A stretch of DNA of 64,000 bases from an uncultured Pseudomonadota bacterium (GCA_963819375.1 CAWFVU010000010.1:3332-67331), one strand, 5' to 3'. Numbered from the stretch's first letter, positions 46,704 to 57,563 are shown. Numbers and translations are program-made. The notes: generated by a model from the sequence alone, not told the origin.

Positions 46704-48260
46704 ATGGGGCGCGGACGATCGTGGCGGCGGAGGTCTTTACGGATTCTGGCCGTCGGGATCTGGTACGCGCTCGGGATCTCGGCCGTCGTCGCCGCCACGG
46801 CGGGCGCGCCGGCGCCCGCGCCGCCGAAGCTGGCGGCCGAAGGGGGCATCGCCTACGACGTCCGCGACACCAAGACCGGCAAGCCGATCCCCTGCAAGCT
46901 GACCTTCGTCGGCGTCGACGGGACGCGCGATCCGGAGTTCACGCGCGTCGACATCGCCCGGCAGGAAGGGGAGGGCGCCATCGCCGCCTTCAACCGGGTG
47001 ATGTCGCTGACCGGCGTCGGCGTGACGCACTTGCCGCTCGGGACCTACGACGTGACCGTGAGCCGTGGCCCCGAGTGGGAGATCTCCACGACCAAGAAGC
47101 TGAAGCTGACCGCGCGCGGCGCGACGATCACGGCCAGCCTGGCGCACGTCGTGGAGACGCCGGGGTGGCTCTCGGCCGACTTTCACGTTCACGCGGCACG
47201 TTCGTCCGACTCGCGCGTCCCGATGTACGACCGGATCTTCGAGTTCGTCGCCGACGACGTGCAGATGATCGTCGCCACCGACCACAACGTCATCTCCGAC
47301 TACGAGCCGTACATCAAGGAGCTGGACGCCGGCCGCTACATCACCAGCGCCATCGGTGACGAGCTGACGACCAACGGCTGGGGACACTTCGGGGCCTTTC
47401 CGCTGCCGCGCGACATCGAGCGGGCGGGCGAGGGGGCCGTGCTGGTCCACGGCCGCAAGCCCGACGACTTCTTCAAGGACGTGCGGCGCGACGCCCCCGG
47501 CGCGATCATCAACGTGCACCACCCGCGCATCGACGCCGAGATCGGCTACTTCGATCTCGGGCAGTTCGATGCGCGCAGCGACCGCGCGGGGCGCGCCGGG
47601 TTCTCCTGGGACTTCGACGCGCTCGAGGTGATGAACGGCTACCAGGATCCCGTCCGGCGCAGCGTCGACCGCGTCGTCGACGACTGGTTCTCGCTGCTCA
47701 ACCACGACCACCTGGTGACGGCGACGGGCAACTCCGACACCCACCACCTGACGTTCAACATCGGCGGGTACCCCCGCAACTACGTCAAGGTTCGCGAGGA
47801 CCGACCCGAACGGATCGATCCGAAGGAGATCGCCACCGCCATCAAGGGCCACCACGTGTTCTTCACCACCGGACCGTTCGTCTCGCTGGTGGTCAACGGC
47901 GGGACCATCGGCGATCTGGTGCCGGCGCGCGGCGGGAAGGCCCACGCCGAGGTGACGGTGCAGGCGGCCCCCTGGGTCTCGGTCAACCGCGTGACGCTCT
48001 ACTTGAACGGCCAGGAGGCCAAGCGCTGGACCGTCCCGCCGGGGACCGACGCCGTCCGCTTGAAGGAGACCTTCGAGCTCACCACGCCGCGCGACGGCTA
48101 CGTCGTCGTGCGCGTCGACGGCGATCGGTCGATGTCACCGGTGGTCGGCGACGGCAAGACCTTCACCGCCTATCCGTTCGCGCTGACCAACCCAGTGTTC
48201 CTCGACGTGGACGGTGACGGCAAGTACCGCACCGGGTTGCCGCACGGGCACGCGCTCTAG
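46704..48260 (+). CDS. Secreted PHP-domain metallohydrolase (CehA/McbA-like)
   Basis: WLSADFHVHA, ATDHN, GDELT..GHF, NVHHPR, EVMNG, GNSDTH, ALTNPVFLDVDG. Confidence 0.88.
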   Translation: MGRGRSWRRRSLRILAVGIWYALGISAVVAATAGAPAPAPPKLAAEGGIAYDVRDTKTGKPIPCKLTFVGVDGTRDPEFTRVDIARQEGEGAIAAFNRVMSLTGVGVTHLPLGTYDVTVSRGPEWEISTTKKLKLTARGATITASLAHVVETPGWLSADFHVHAARSSDSRVPMYDRIFEFVADDVQMIVATDHNVISDYEPYIKELDAGRYITSAIGDELTTNGWGHFGAFPLPRDIERAGEGAVLVHGRKPDDFFKDVRRDAPGAIINVHHPRIDAEIGYFDLGQFDARSDRAGRAGFSWDFDALEVMNGYQDPVRRSVDRVVDDWFSLLNHDHLVTATGNSDTHHLTFNIGGYPRNYVKVREDRPERIDPKEIATAIKGHHVFFTTGPFVSLVVNGGTIGDLVPARGGKAHAEVTVQAAPWVSVNRVTLYLNGQEAKRWTVPPGTDAVRLKETFELTTPRDGYVVVRVDGDRSMSPVVGDGKTFTAYPFALTNPVFLDVDGDGKYRTGLPHGHAL

Positions 48261-48293
48261 AACCCGCTTCAGACCCTTCCAGACGCTCCAGCC

Positions 48294-48344
48294 CGCTCTC
48301 ACGCTCTCACGCTCTCACGCTCTCACGCTCTCACGCTCTCACGC
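48294..48344. repeat. Octanucleotide microsatellite (CGCTCTCA)x6
   Basis: Six exact copies at 48294-48341 plus a partial CGC, intergenic. Confidence 0.95.
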
Positions 48345-48375
48345 GATCGCCTCCCGTCCTGGTCAACGGGCAACT

Positions 48376-48548
48376 CCGGTTACGTGCGGCGCGAACGTCG
48401 CGCTTCGATCGGGCTCTGCTGTCCGCACGTGGGCTTTTTGCGGGGCGTAGCCTGCCTGGATGTCATTGCAGGCTACGCCCCGCAAAAAGCTCGTAAGCGG
48501 CGAGTGGCGCCCGGCCGAGACGCGAGGTCTTTGCCGCGCGCGTGCCGG
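48376..48548. repeat. Long palindromic intergenic element (REP/MITE-like)
   Basis: Perfect 23-bp arms GCTTTTTGCGGGGCGTAGCCTGC (48433-48455) and GCAGGCTACGCCCCGCAAAAAGC (48468-48490) with a 12-nt loop. Imperfect pairing extends outward. Confidence 0.8.
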
Positions 48549-48619
48549 GGTTTTCGACGCTCGAGGTCTGGGCGTATTGAAGGCCTGAGGGCTCGAGAGT
48601 CTAGGGCGTGTTGAAGGCC

Positions 48620-50391
48620 TCAGGGCGTGCTCGCCGTCGAGGTGCTCTTCGGCGGCGACGAGGTACTTGCTGATGTAGGCGCTGCGGCTCGGTCATGAAG
48701 TTGGCGACCTGCTGCTGGTACATCGCCACGTCGGCGTCGCTGTACGGCTTCTTGGTGTCCATCGGGACGAAGGAGGCGATCTGCGCCGACACCCGCGCCG
48801 CTTCGCTCGCCCAGTCGAGCTGCTGGGCCTTCGCCCAGGATCTCCATCAGCTGGCCGCTGAAGTCCTGGAAGCACGACGGCGTGCGGGCGCAGTCCTTGG
48901 CCAGCTTCGACTTCAGCGTGGCGATGAAGTCGAAGTCGCCGGTCGAGTAGGCGTCGTTGATCCCCTGGGGAATGAAGTAGAGCTGCTTGCTGGTCGGGTC
49001 GGCGTAGATGCGCGCGTTGGCGCCGACCGGCTCGGGGTCGGGCGCGTAGGGCCAGCCGCCCCAGTGGCCCGTCAGCACCATCAGCGCCCAGTAGCGCTCG
49101 AACTCGTGCATGTTGACGAACTGGCCGGCGGCCGCCGTGGCGGCGCTCGCGGGCTGCTGGGTCAGCGCGCTCATCGTCTCGGTGATGAGGGTCGTGTCGT
49201 CGGTGCCGTCCTGGTACTGGAAGTTGGGGAGATACTTGGTGGAGAAGTCGGCGTAGTTGATGGTGTAGACCCCCCCGCTCGCGTCGGTGAAGGAGTAGGC
49301 CATCATCGTCCCCTTGGCCTCCTCGACCGTGGCGTAGAGCCCGAGCGTCGTGCCGTTCATCGTCACCCAGGCGTGGTTGCAGCGTGGGGTGGGGACGGTG
49401 CCGATCTGACGCCCGATCCAGTAGGCGAGCCGCTCGTGAATCATCGACGGGTCCTGCACCATGTTGTTGAGCAGGATCTCCTTGAGCCCGAACAGCCGCG
49501 CCCCTTTGACGAACTTGTTGATGTTCACGCGGAACGCTGGCTTTTGATCGATGGGCTGGAATGACGACGTCCCCTTGAGGTTCACGCCGATCGGACCGTA
49601 CGCGCGCCCCTCGAACGTCAGCGTCGCCTGGACCCAGGTGGTCGGCGCCGCGCGCAGTGAGGCGATGCCCGCATCGGAGATCTGCAGGTCGAACTGGGGC
49701 TGCAGGTCGTAGCCGAGCACGCGGTCGGTCATGTCGCCGGCTGCGGCGATCATCTCGGGCGGATCGCTGGCCGCTTGCGGCGTAAGTGGTTGCCCCATTC
49801 CCGTCGGGTTCTGCCGCGCCCGGTGAGGCGTTCCATTCGGTGACCCAGTTGCTCGATCCATCCGGCTCGCGCGCGGCAGAGAGATCGACGGACTGCGCGC
49901 CGAAGGTCACCCGGTTGATGAACGAACCGTCGGGGCGGGCCAGCCCCAGCGAACCGCCGGCGGCCGGCAGGAACAGATTGATGTGCGTGGGTCCCGCCGC
50001 GGGATTCTGATCGGCCCACAGCAAGACCGTCCCATGCGCCTTGGCGACCACCCCCTTCGGCAAGGCCGCCTTTTGTGGCGAAGTTGAAGTCGTCGGTCAG
50101 CGCGTAGCCGGTCAGATCGATGTCCTGCCCGGTGGGGTTGTAGATCTCGATCCAGGGTGACGCCGCTCCGTTCTCGTCCTTCGTCGTCAGGACGTTGAGC
50201 GACATGATCTCGTTGATCGAGAGACTGCCGTCGCCCGTCGGAGTGACTTGCGAGCCCCCTTCCGCGTGTGGACTGGTGGATCCCGACCCGCCGCCGCAGG
50301 CCGACGCCCAGACGCCGGCCAACAGAAGGCCGACCAGCGTCTCCCTGGCGACGCCCCTTCCGACACGTTCTCCAATGCTTCTTGTACCCAT
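48620..50391 (-). CDS. Lipoprotein with lamin-tail-like domain and CotH kinase domain (several frameshifts)
   Basis: VWASAC lipobox; LSINEIMS..WIEIYNPTGQDIDLTGYALTDD; GVNLKGTSSFQPIDQKPAFRV, LNNMVQDPSMIHERLAY, LGLYATVE. Shifts near 50070, 49815, 48830 and 48670. Confidence 0.82.
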
Positions 50392-50639
50392 CGTCACGCC
50401 CCCTCGCCGCCAGCCGCCGAAATCCATCGTCATCAACACACAAGCAACTCGTCGGCCATCGACAGAGACGATCGAAGGCGCTCCGCCATCGGCTTTCATC
50501 GTTGTTCGTTGTCGTTGCTCGTTACCGTGGGGCGACATCGTGGTTCCAGTTCTGGCGAATCTCCCGCCGTTGTCGGCCGATTTCACGAGGCGCCGGCGGG
50601 CACCGCGCTTGCTGAACTTCGTGCGGGGTTGGAGACAGG

Positions 50640-52065
50640 ATGGACGGGAGATACGGATTTTTCGCAGTGGTCGCGACGGCGTCGCTCGTCTCGCTGGCCG
50701 GTTGCAGTTCCTCTCACGCGACGCCGGACGCGCACGACCCGTCGTCCGACGGTTCAGTTCCGGCGGCCTGCGCGGATCTGTTCGACCAGGGGACGCTGGC
50801 GACCTACGCGGTGGACATCGCCGACGCTGATTGGACGGCGATGAAAGCCGAATTCAACAATCTGGCCGCGCTCGAGAGCGGTGCCGACTTCGCCGTCTAC
50901 CATCCTGCTGTCTTTCACCTCGGCGGCGAGACGGTGAGCGACGCGGCCATCAAGCTGCACGGCGCCTCGTCCTGGGACCAGACGGTCACCCTCGACGGCG
51001 ACCGCGCCAAGATGCAGTTCGACGTCTCATTCGATCAGACCAACCCGAGCGGCAAGTTCCACGGCGTGACGAAGCTGGTGTTCGACATGCCACGCTCCGA
51101 CTGGACCTTCCTGCACGATCGCCTCTCTGAACACTGGCTGCGGCAGGTCGGCATCCTGGCCCCCTGTTCGGCCAGCGCGCGGCTGGAGATCAACGGCGCC
51201 TACTACGGCCTCTACGCCGTCGAGCAAGGGGTGGGAAACGCGGTGGTGACTCAGTTCTTCCCCGCGAACGCCAACGGCGATCTCTGGAAGGGGGCCACGC
51301 AGGCAGAGACCAACCAGAAGTCTCCCGACTACGGGCGTCTCACGACCTTTCAGACGGCGGAGGATCTGGGCTCGCTCGCCGCCATCGTCGACATCCAGGA
51401 CTCGGTGACCTCGTGGGCGGCCGAGGCGCTGCTCAACAACGCCGACGGATATTACGGCGGCTCTCACAACTTCTACCTCTACGATCAAGGCGCCGCCGGC
51501 TACGTCTTTCTGCCCAACGACACCGACGCGACCTTCGATTGGTTGCCCCAATTCGATCTGGTGGGCGCGACCGACCATCCCATCTATTTTTGGTACGCGC
51601 GCTCGAAGCCGGCGCCGCTGCCAGGCGACAAGTGGATGATCGTCCTCGGCGACGCGGGATGGCGTGCGAAGTACGCCGAGGCGATCGCCGGTCTGCTGGC
51701 GAAGTGGGACGTCGGTCAGATTCAGGGGTGGATCGACAGCTGGTCGCAGCAGATCGCCGACGCGGCCGGCAGCGATCCCCACGCCTGGGCCACCGCGGCG
51801 CAGATCCAGCAGGCGACGGCGACCGCGCGCGCCGTCGTCGCCCAGCGCGCCGCCTATCTCCAGACGTTCGTCGATTGCGAGCAAGGCGTGGCCACCGCGG
51901 CGACTGACGCGCGACGGCGACGGCTACCGATGGTGCGACGAGTGTGACGACGCCAACGCCGCCGTGCATCCGGGCGCGGCGGAGATTTGCGGAAATGGGA
52001 TCGACGACAACTGCAACGGCCAGATCGATGAAGGGTGCGCCGGTACAGACGGCGGCGGCCAATAG
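50640..52065 (+). CDS. CotH kinase-family lipoprotein with C-terminal Cys/Asp-rich (MopE-like) motif (frameshift near 51910)
   Basis: SLAGC lipobox; IKLHGASSW, FHGVTKL, LEINGAYYGLY, DGYYGGSHNFYLYD..FLPNDTD. The tail DGDGY..ECDDANAAVHPGAAEICGNGIDDNCNGQIDEG is in a second frame. Confidence 0.85.
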
Positions 52066-52098
52066 GAAAACGACAGGAAGACGAGGAAGGGCGGGGCC

Positions 52099-54019
52099 AT
52101 GGGAATGATCGAGGAACGAGGGGGATGGGGTGGAGATGAAAGAGGACGGGGCCTGTGCGCCGCATTGGCGCTGTTGCTCGTCGGCGCGGCTGCCTGCGGC
52201 GGCGGCGGCAAGGCGACCGTCGGTGGCAGCGGCGGCGGCTCGGGGGCGATGGGAAACATCGGTTCATCGAGCGGCACGGCACAGCGACGGGGGGACCCCG
52301 AGCTCTACCTGGACGACGCTGTCACCGGCCGAGGTGAGCGTTCAAGGCGGGACGGCGCTCTCGGCCGGCGGCCAGGGACAAAACGGGGGCGTCGTGCACC
52401 TCGTCTCGCAGGGGGACACCTCGTTCGATCCCACGCAGGCGCCCGCCAAGATGACGATCCCGCCCGCGCCCGCGGGGGCGACGCCCGTCGCCGCGTCGGC
52501 GCTGGGCGCGGACCTCTCGATCACCGGCGACGCGGTGGTCAGCGCGGACGTGACCACCAGCGGGAGCGACGCCGTTCGCAAGATCTCCGCCAGCGGCGAT
52601 CTCTACGTGACGGCGACGCTGCAGGCCGGCGACCTCGGCGCCGGGCGCCAGGGGATCGACCTCGAGGCGGGCGGGACCATCTACGTCAGCGGCGCCGTCG
52701 ACACGAGCGGCGCGTCCGGATCGGGCGAGGCTGGCGGTGCGCTTCGGCTGACCGCCAAACAGGTGATCGTCACCGGCACCCTTTCCAGCGCCGGCGGCGA
52801 CGGGACTGCAGAGCGGCGGCGCGGGCGGCGCCCTCACCGTGCAGACGATGGGCAATGTTCTTCTGGCGGGAACGAGCGTCTTCCGGGGAGGCGCCGCCAG
52901 CGGCAGCGGCGGTGGCGGCGCGCAGGGCGGCGCGGCCGCGACGCTGACCATCGACGCGAACGGCTCGGTGGCGGTCGGCGGCACCGTCGACGGGCGGGGC
53001 GGCGTGGCCAGCACCGCGGCGTCCGGCGGGACGATCGCGGGGGGCGCTGCCGGCGCAATCCACATCGGCGAGACGGCGCCTCCGACGACGATCGTCATCT
53101 TCGTCCCGGTGGTCGTCAGCGGCGGCGCCGGCGGTGCCTCGGCCGGGACTGGCGGCACCATCACGCCCGAGCCGGACACCGGCAACGTCAACGTCGCCGG
53201 CGCGGGGGAGCTCGATCTGAGCGGCGGCGACTCGATGACCGCGCCTGGCAAGGGTGGCCTGCTCAACGGCGGCGCCCGCAAGGATCCCGGCAGCGGCGGC
53301 GTGCACATCAGCGGCGAGATCGTCGCCAGCGGCGGTTCGATCATGAAGGGGGGCAGCGGCAACGGCGCCGACGGCGGCCGCATCGACATGGAGCTGACGC
53401 CGACCGACGGCGCCGTCGCCATCGATCAGTCGGCCAAGATCACCGTCGAAGGAGGGAACGCCGGTGGCGCTGGAACCGCCGGTGGTGGCGGCCACGTCTG
53501 GTTCTTCACCAAGGACGGCGACGAAACCATCGCCGGGACCATCAGCGTGCGCGGCGGCAGCGCGCCCGACGCCGGGCGGCATCGGCGGCGGCGGCGGGAT
53601 GATCTACTTCCTCTCCGACAACAACCACAACGCCGTCGAGGTCTGTAAGGGGAACCTGGACGTCACCCCCACCGGTCGTTCTGGACGCCTCGGGTGGCAG
53701 CGGGTCGACGGGCGGCAGCGGCCGCAGCAACGGGGCGGCCGGCGTGGCCCCATTCCCCGACATGCAGGAAGAGTTCGCCATCTTCCTCAACTGCGACGCC
53801 GAGCACGGCAACACCTGCAACTGGATGAAGAACGAGGGGAAGCTCATCGCCCGCGGCGGTGTGCACAACGGCAACGGCGGCGACGTCATCTACCACGGCA
53901 TCCCGCCGGGAGTTCTGGGGACCGGCGGCCCGAACTCGGGCGACTATCCGGTCCCTCCCGGTGACGTCGATACTTCTGCGGACGGCAGCGGTACGAAGGG
54001 CGACTTCGACGGTCAATAA
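52099..54019 (+). CDS. Gly-rich repetitive (beta-solenoid-like) surface lipoprotein (about 4 frameshifts)
   Basis: LLLVGAAAC lipobox and repeated GGxGGxIxL..GxIxVxGG units stitched across the frames of ORFs 52099, 52130, 52839, 53464 and 53744. Confidence 0.7.
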
Positions 54020-54044
54020 GACCGGAGCGCTCAGCGACGAGATC

Positions 54045-54079
54045 GGGCCGCCCGGCGGGTTTCCCCGCCGGCGCGGCCC
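54045..54079. terminator. GC-rich hairpin between convergent genes
   Basis: GGGCCGC-CCGGCGGG-TTTC-CCCGCCGG-CGCGGCCC. No U-tract. Confidence 0.45.
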
Positions 54080-54116
54080 GTCTCACGATCATGGTCGGGC
54101 TCGTGGCGCTGTGGAT

Positions 54117-55388
54117 TCAGCCTGCCGCGATCCGTTCCAGGTGATCGAGGATCGTGCGGACGTTGAGCACGCGCGAAAAGACGTAGAGCGCCGCCGACGG
54201 CGTGTCGTCGAGCAGCGCCTCGCCGACGCGCAGGCTCTTGCTGGCGGCGAAGAGGATCTTGTGCGGCAGACCGGCACGCACGAGGTCGATGCGGCGGAAG
54301 ACCGCCTCGCGGCTCCAGAAGCCGAGCAGCTCGAAGTGAACGCGCGCGCCGTCGGCGGCCCGCACGAAGGAGAGATCGGGGACGCAGAGGCCTGCTCCGG
54401 GAAGATCGAGGATGGCCGGTGCGCGATCGATCTTCCAGTCGGTCGTCACGCGCGCGAAGGCGGCGACGAAGGTCGCGAGCTCGTCGGGGAGCGCGTCGCC
54501 CGGCGTTGCGACCGCGGCGCTGGTCTCCCCCGCCAGGCGAAACCGCAGCGGGCGGCGATCCGCGCCCCAGCGGACGTCGGCGTCGAGCCTCCAGCGATCG
54601 CAGGCGGCGATCGCCGGCAGCGCCAGCGCCAGCGAGAGGCCGTAACGGCCGCCGCCTTGGAACAGGCTGAGCGGCCCGTCCATCTCGACCCGGTAGCCGC
54701 CACGCTTTTCGGCTGGAGGGAGCCCGCCTTTGCCGGGCGAGGCCCCTCGCGTTTGATCGAGACGGGTGATGACCGGCAGGAGGCGCAGGAACTTCAGCGT
54801 GCGGAAGAGGCGTCGGTAGAGCGCGGCGTCACTCGACTCGACCTCGGCGACGATCTTGGTCGCCCGCAAGAGGACCGCCTGCGCCTCGGAGATCTCGAAC
54901 CCGGCCGCCAGCAGCGCGGGGGCGGGCACCTCGACCGCCAAGAGGCGCTGCGCACCGGGGCGATCGGCGTAGAGCGCCGCCTCCAGCGCGGCCGGTGTCG
55001 TCGCGCGCACGCGCGCGAAGCCGTCGAGGAAGGCCGCGCGATCGAACGGCGCCACGCCGGCGCCTCGGCGCGCAGCCGCCGCCTGCGTGAACAGCTCGCG
55101 CCGCAGGTCGGTCGCGATCTCTCCGGCGGTCTCCTCGAAGCGGAGCCCGTCGCGCACCAGCTTGCCGACCGCCGCGGCGAGCCGGCGCTCGCCCCCCTCC
55201 TGCAGCGCCGTCGCCGTCTGGCGCAGCGCCTCCTCGACGTCGTCGCGCAGGTTGCCGACCTCCTCGCGCGCCCGCGCCGTCAGCGCCGCCGCCAGCGTGG
55301 CGATGCGCGCCCGGCGGAGGTCGTCGGTCGGCGCCAGGCGCAGCTCGTCGCCGCGGCGGCGGGCGCCGACCAGCTCAGCGGTAAGCAC
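54117..55388 (-). CDS. DUF790 family (Bax1-like) nuclease
   Basis: GTG start VLTAELV..RRRG; LYAD; AQAVLLRA; LKFLRL; MDGPLSLF..RYG..LA..LP; VPDLSF..HFELLGFW. Confidence 0.85.
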   Translation of the reverse strand: MLTAELVGARRRGDELRLAPTDDLRRARIATLAAALTARAREEVGNLRDDVEEALRQTATALQEGGERRLAAAVGKLVRDGLRFEETAGEIATDLRRELFTQAAAARRGAGVAPFDRAAFLDGFARVRATTPAALEAALYADRPGAQRLLAVEVPAPALLAAGFEISEAQAVLLRATKIVAEVESSDAALYRRLFRTLKFLRLLPVITRLDQTRGASPGKGGLPPAEKRGGYRVEMDGPLSLFQGGGRYGLSLALALPAIAACDRWRLDADVRWGADRRPLRFRLAGETSAAVATPGDALPDELATFVAAFARVTTDWKIDRAPAILDLPGAGLCVPDLSFVRAADGARVHFELLGFWSREAVFRRIDLVRAGLPHKILFAASKSLRVGEALLDDTPSAALYVFSRVLNVRTILDHLERIAAG

Positions 55389-56772
55389 TGTGATCGCGCC
55401 GCCGGGCGCTGGTGAAGGTCTCGGCCGTGTTGGCGGTGACCAGCTCGTAGAGGAGGGCGTGCTTGCCCGCCTGCGCGCGCAGGATGCGCCCGAGTCGCTG
55501 CACGTGCTCGCGGACCGAGGCGCTCCCCGACACCACCACCGCCACGTTGGCGGTCGGGATGTCGACCCCCTCGTTGAGCACCTTGGAGGTGACGAGGGCG
55601 CCGTAGCCGTCGCCATTTCGCGGTCCGCGGGCGAGCCCGGCCAGGATCTCGCTCCGCTCGCGCACCCGCGTCTCGTGGGTGATGATCGGGATCAGGAACC
55701 GGCGTGACAGCGCGTAGGCCGTGGCGTTGTCCTGGGTGAAGAGCAGCACCCGATCGTCGGCGTGCCGATCGAGCAAGAGGCCCACGTAATCGAGCTTGGC
55801 CGGCGCGGCGAAGGCAATCTCGCGCTGCTTGCGATAGGCGGCCATCGCGCGCCGCCCGTCTTCAGAGCGCGACGACCGGATGATGAAGTCCGACCACCCC
55901 GACGGGCTCGACATGCGGATCCCGTTCCGGGTGATGAAGTCCCGATAAAGGGCGCGCGCCTCGTCATGGGCCCGGCGATCCTCCGGTCCCAGCTCGACGG
56001 TCAGCCGCACCGTCTCGTAGGGCGCCAGGTAGCCGCCCGAGAGATCGACGATGTCCTTGCGGTAGACGATCGGGCCGCAGAGCTCGTCGAAGTCGGCGTG
56101 GCGGCCGTCGGCGCGCTCGGGCGTCGCCGTCAGCCCCAGCCGGAACGGGGCCACCGCCGCGCGCGCCGCCAGCGCGTAGGCCGGCCCCGGCAGGTGATGG
56201 CACTCGTCGAACACCAGGAGACCGAACTTGTCCCCCAGGTGCTCCATGTGCAGGTATGCGGAGTCGTAGGTCGACACGGTCAGCGCCTCGACGCCGTAGT
56301 CGCCGCCGCCGATCACGCCGACCGGAACGCCGAACGTCGCGCGCAGGACGTCGTACCACTGCCGGACCAGATCCAGCGTGGGGGCCAGCACCAGCGTGCT
56401 TCGCCGGCGGTCGTCGATGGCCAGGCAGGCGACGTGGGTCTTGCCGGCGCCCGTCGGCAGGACCACCACGCCGCGCCCCTTGGCCGCGCGCCAGGCGGCG
56501 AGCGCCTCGTCCTGATAGGGCCGCGACGTTCGTTTGACCAGCGCGCCAGCGGGAAGCTCGCTGTAGCCGCGGGCGCGATCCTCCACCGCATGGCCGTCGC
56601 GCGCCAGCGCCCGCCGCAGCGCCGCATAGCCGGCCGCGGGCGCGCGAAAGCAGGCCGTGCGCGGATCCCACAGACATCCGGGCGGCGCAGGCGCTCCCGG
56701 CGACAGTCCGCCGAGCTCGAGGGTGCCGCCCCGAAAGGTCAGGGTCAGTGAAGGGGATGAGGCCGTCGTGAT
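55375..56772 (-). CDS. XPB/Rad25-like SF2 helicase (no canonical start for its N-terminal segment)
   Basis: RPYQDEAL, LPTGAGKT, DECHH, GLTATPER, VLNEGVD, QRLGRILR. The in-frame upstream segment LTFRGGTLEL..WDPRTACFRAPA extends to about 56772. Confidence 0.92.
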   Translation of the reverse strand: MTTASSPSLTLTFRGGTLELGGLSPGAPAPPGCLWDPRTACFRAPAAGYAALRRALARDGHAVEDRARGYSELPAGALVKRTSRPYQDEALAAWRAAKGRGVVVLPTGAGKTHVACLAIDDRRRSTLVLAPTLDLVRQWYDVLRATFGVPVGVIGGGDYGVEALTVSTYDSAYLHMEHLGDKFGLLVFDECHHLPGPAYALAARAAVAPFRLGLTATPERADGRHADFDELCGPIVYRKDIVDLSGGYLAPYETVRLTVELGPEDRRAHDEARALYRDFITRNGIRMSSPSGWSDFIIRSSRSEDGRRAMAAYRKQREIAFAAPAKLDYVGLLLDRHADDRVLLFTQDNATAYALSRRFLIPIITHETRVRERSEILAGLARGPRNGDGYGALVTSKVLNEGVDIPTANVAVVVSGSASVREHVQRLGRILRAQAGKHALLYELVTANTAETFTSARRRDHSAYR

Positions 56773-56781
56773 GAGACGGTT

Positions 56782-57474
56782 CTAGCCTTGACTGAACCTG
56801 GTTCGGAAGGCCCGAACGACCAGGTCGGCGGCCCCGGCGATCCCCAGCGTGCCGGCGTTGATCACCAGGTCGTAGTGGGACGGGTCCGAGATGTCGGCGC
56901 CGTAGTGCTGCTTGTTGAACGCAATCCGCTCGCTGTCGATGCGCAGGATCTTGGCGCGCGCCTCGTCCTCGGTGAGCCCGTCGCGCGCGGCGATGCGCGC
57001 CACCCGCGTCGGCAGTGGCGCGATGACCCGCACGCGCAGGGTGACTTGAGGATCGAGCAGGAAGTGCGCGCCCCGTCCCACGATCACCCCCTTGCCGTGG
57101 CGCCCCAGCGTCAGCACCACCTTGGAGAGGTTCCGCAGGTAGTCACTGGGGGCGAAGACGCCGCGCTTGATGAGACCCGACACCCAGGTCGAGATGCTGT
57201 CCTGCACCCGCTCGTCGAGCGACTCGATCAGCTGGTCCCGCACCTGGGCCTCCTGGGCCACGTCGTGGATCAGCTCCTGGGAGTAGAACCGGAACCCCAG
57301 CTGGTCCGCCGCCAGCCGCCCCATCTCGGCGCCGCGCGCGCCATACTGCCGCGACAGGCAGATCATCGGCCGCTGGACGGTCTTCCCTTCGATCCCCTTG
57401 CGCTCCGCGATCTTCCGCTCTTCCTGCCAGAGAAGAATCTGCCGCTCCACAAAATGATCGACGTTCCCGATCAT
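56782..57474 (-). CDS. Cytidylate kinase-like family protein
   Basis: ICLSRQYGARGAEMG, VIVGRGAHFLL, LRVRVIAP, DPSHYDLVIN. Confidence 0.88.
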   Translation of the reverse strand: MIGNVDHFVERQILLWQEERKIAERKGIEGKTVQRPMICLSRQYGARGAEMGRLAADQLGFRFYSQELIHDVAQEAQVRDQLIESLDERVQDSISTWVSGLIKRGVFAPSDYLRNLSKVVLTLGRHGKGVIVGRGAHFLLDPQVTLRVRVIAPLPTRVARIAARDGLTEDEARAKILRIDSERIAFNKQHYGADISDPSHYDLVINAGTLGIAGAADLVVRAFRTRFSQG

Positions 57475-57563
57475 CGGATCTCCTCGGCGTCGCACCCGCG
57501 ACGAAGATCGATCAAGCTATCACGGGTGACTCGACCGTCAAGACGGCAATGGGGCGGCCAGCG

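Noticed and set aside
48294-48548. CRISPR array
   Set aside because: The repeats are contiguous 8-mers and a single hairpin. There are no spacers and no cas genes.
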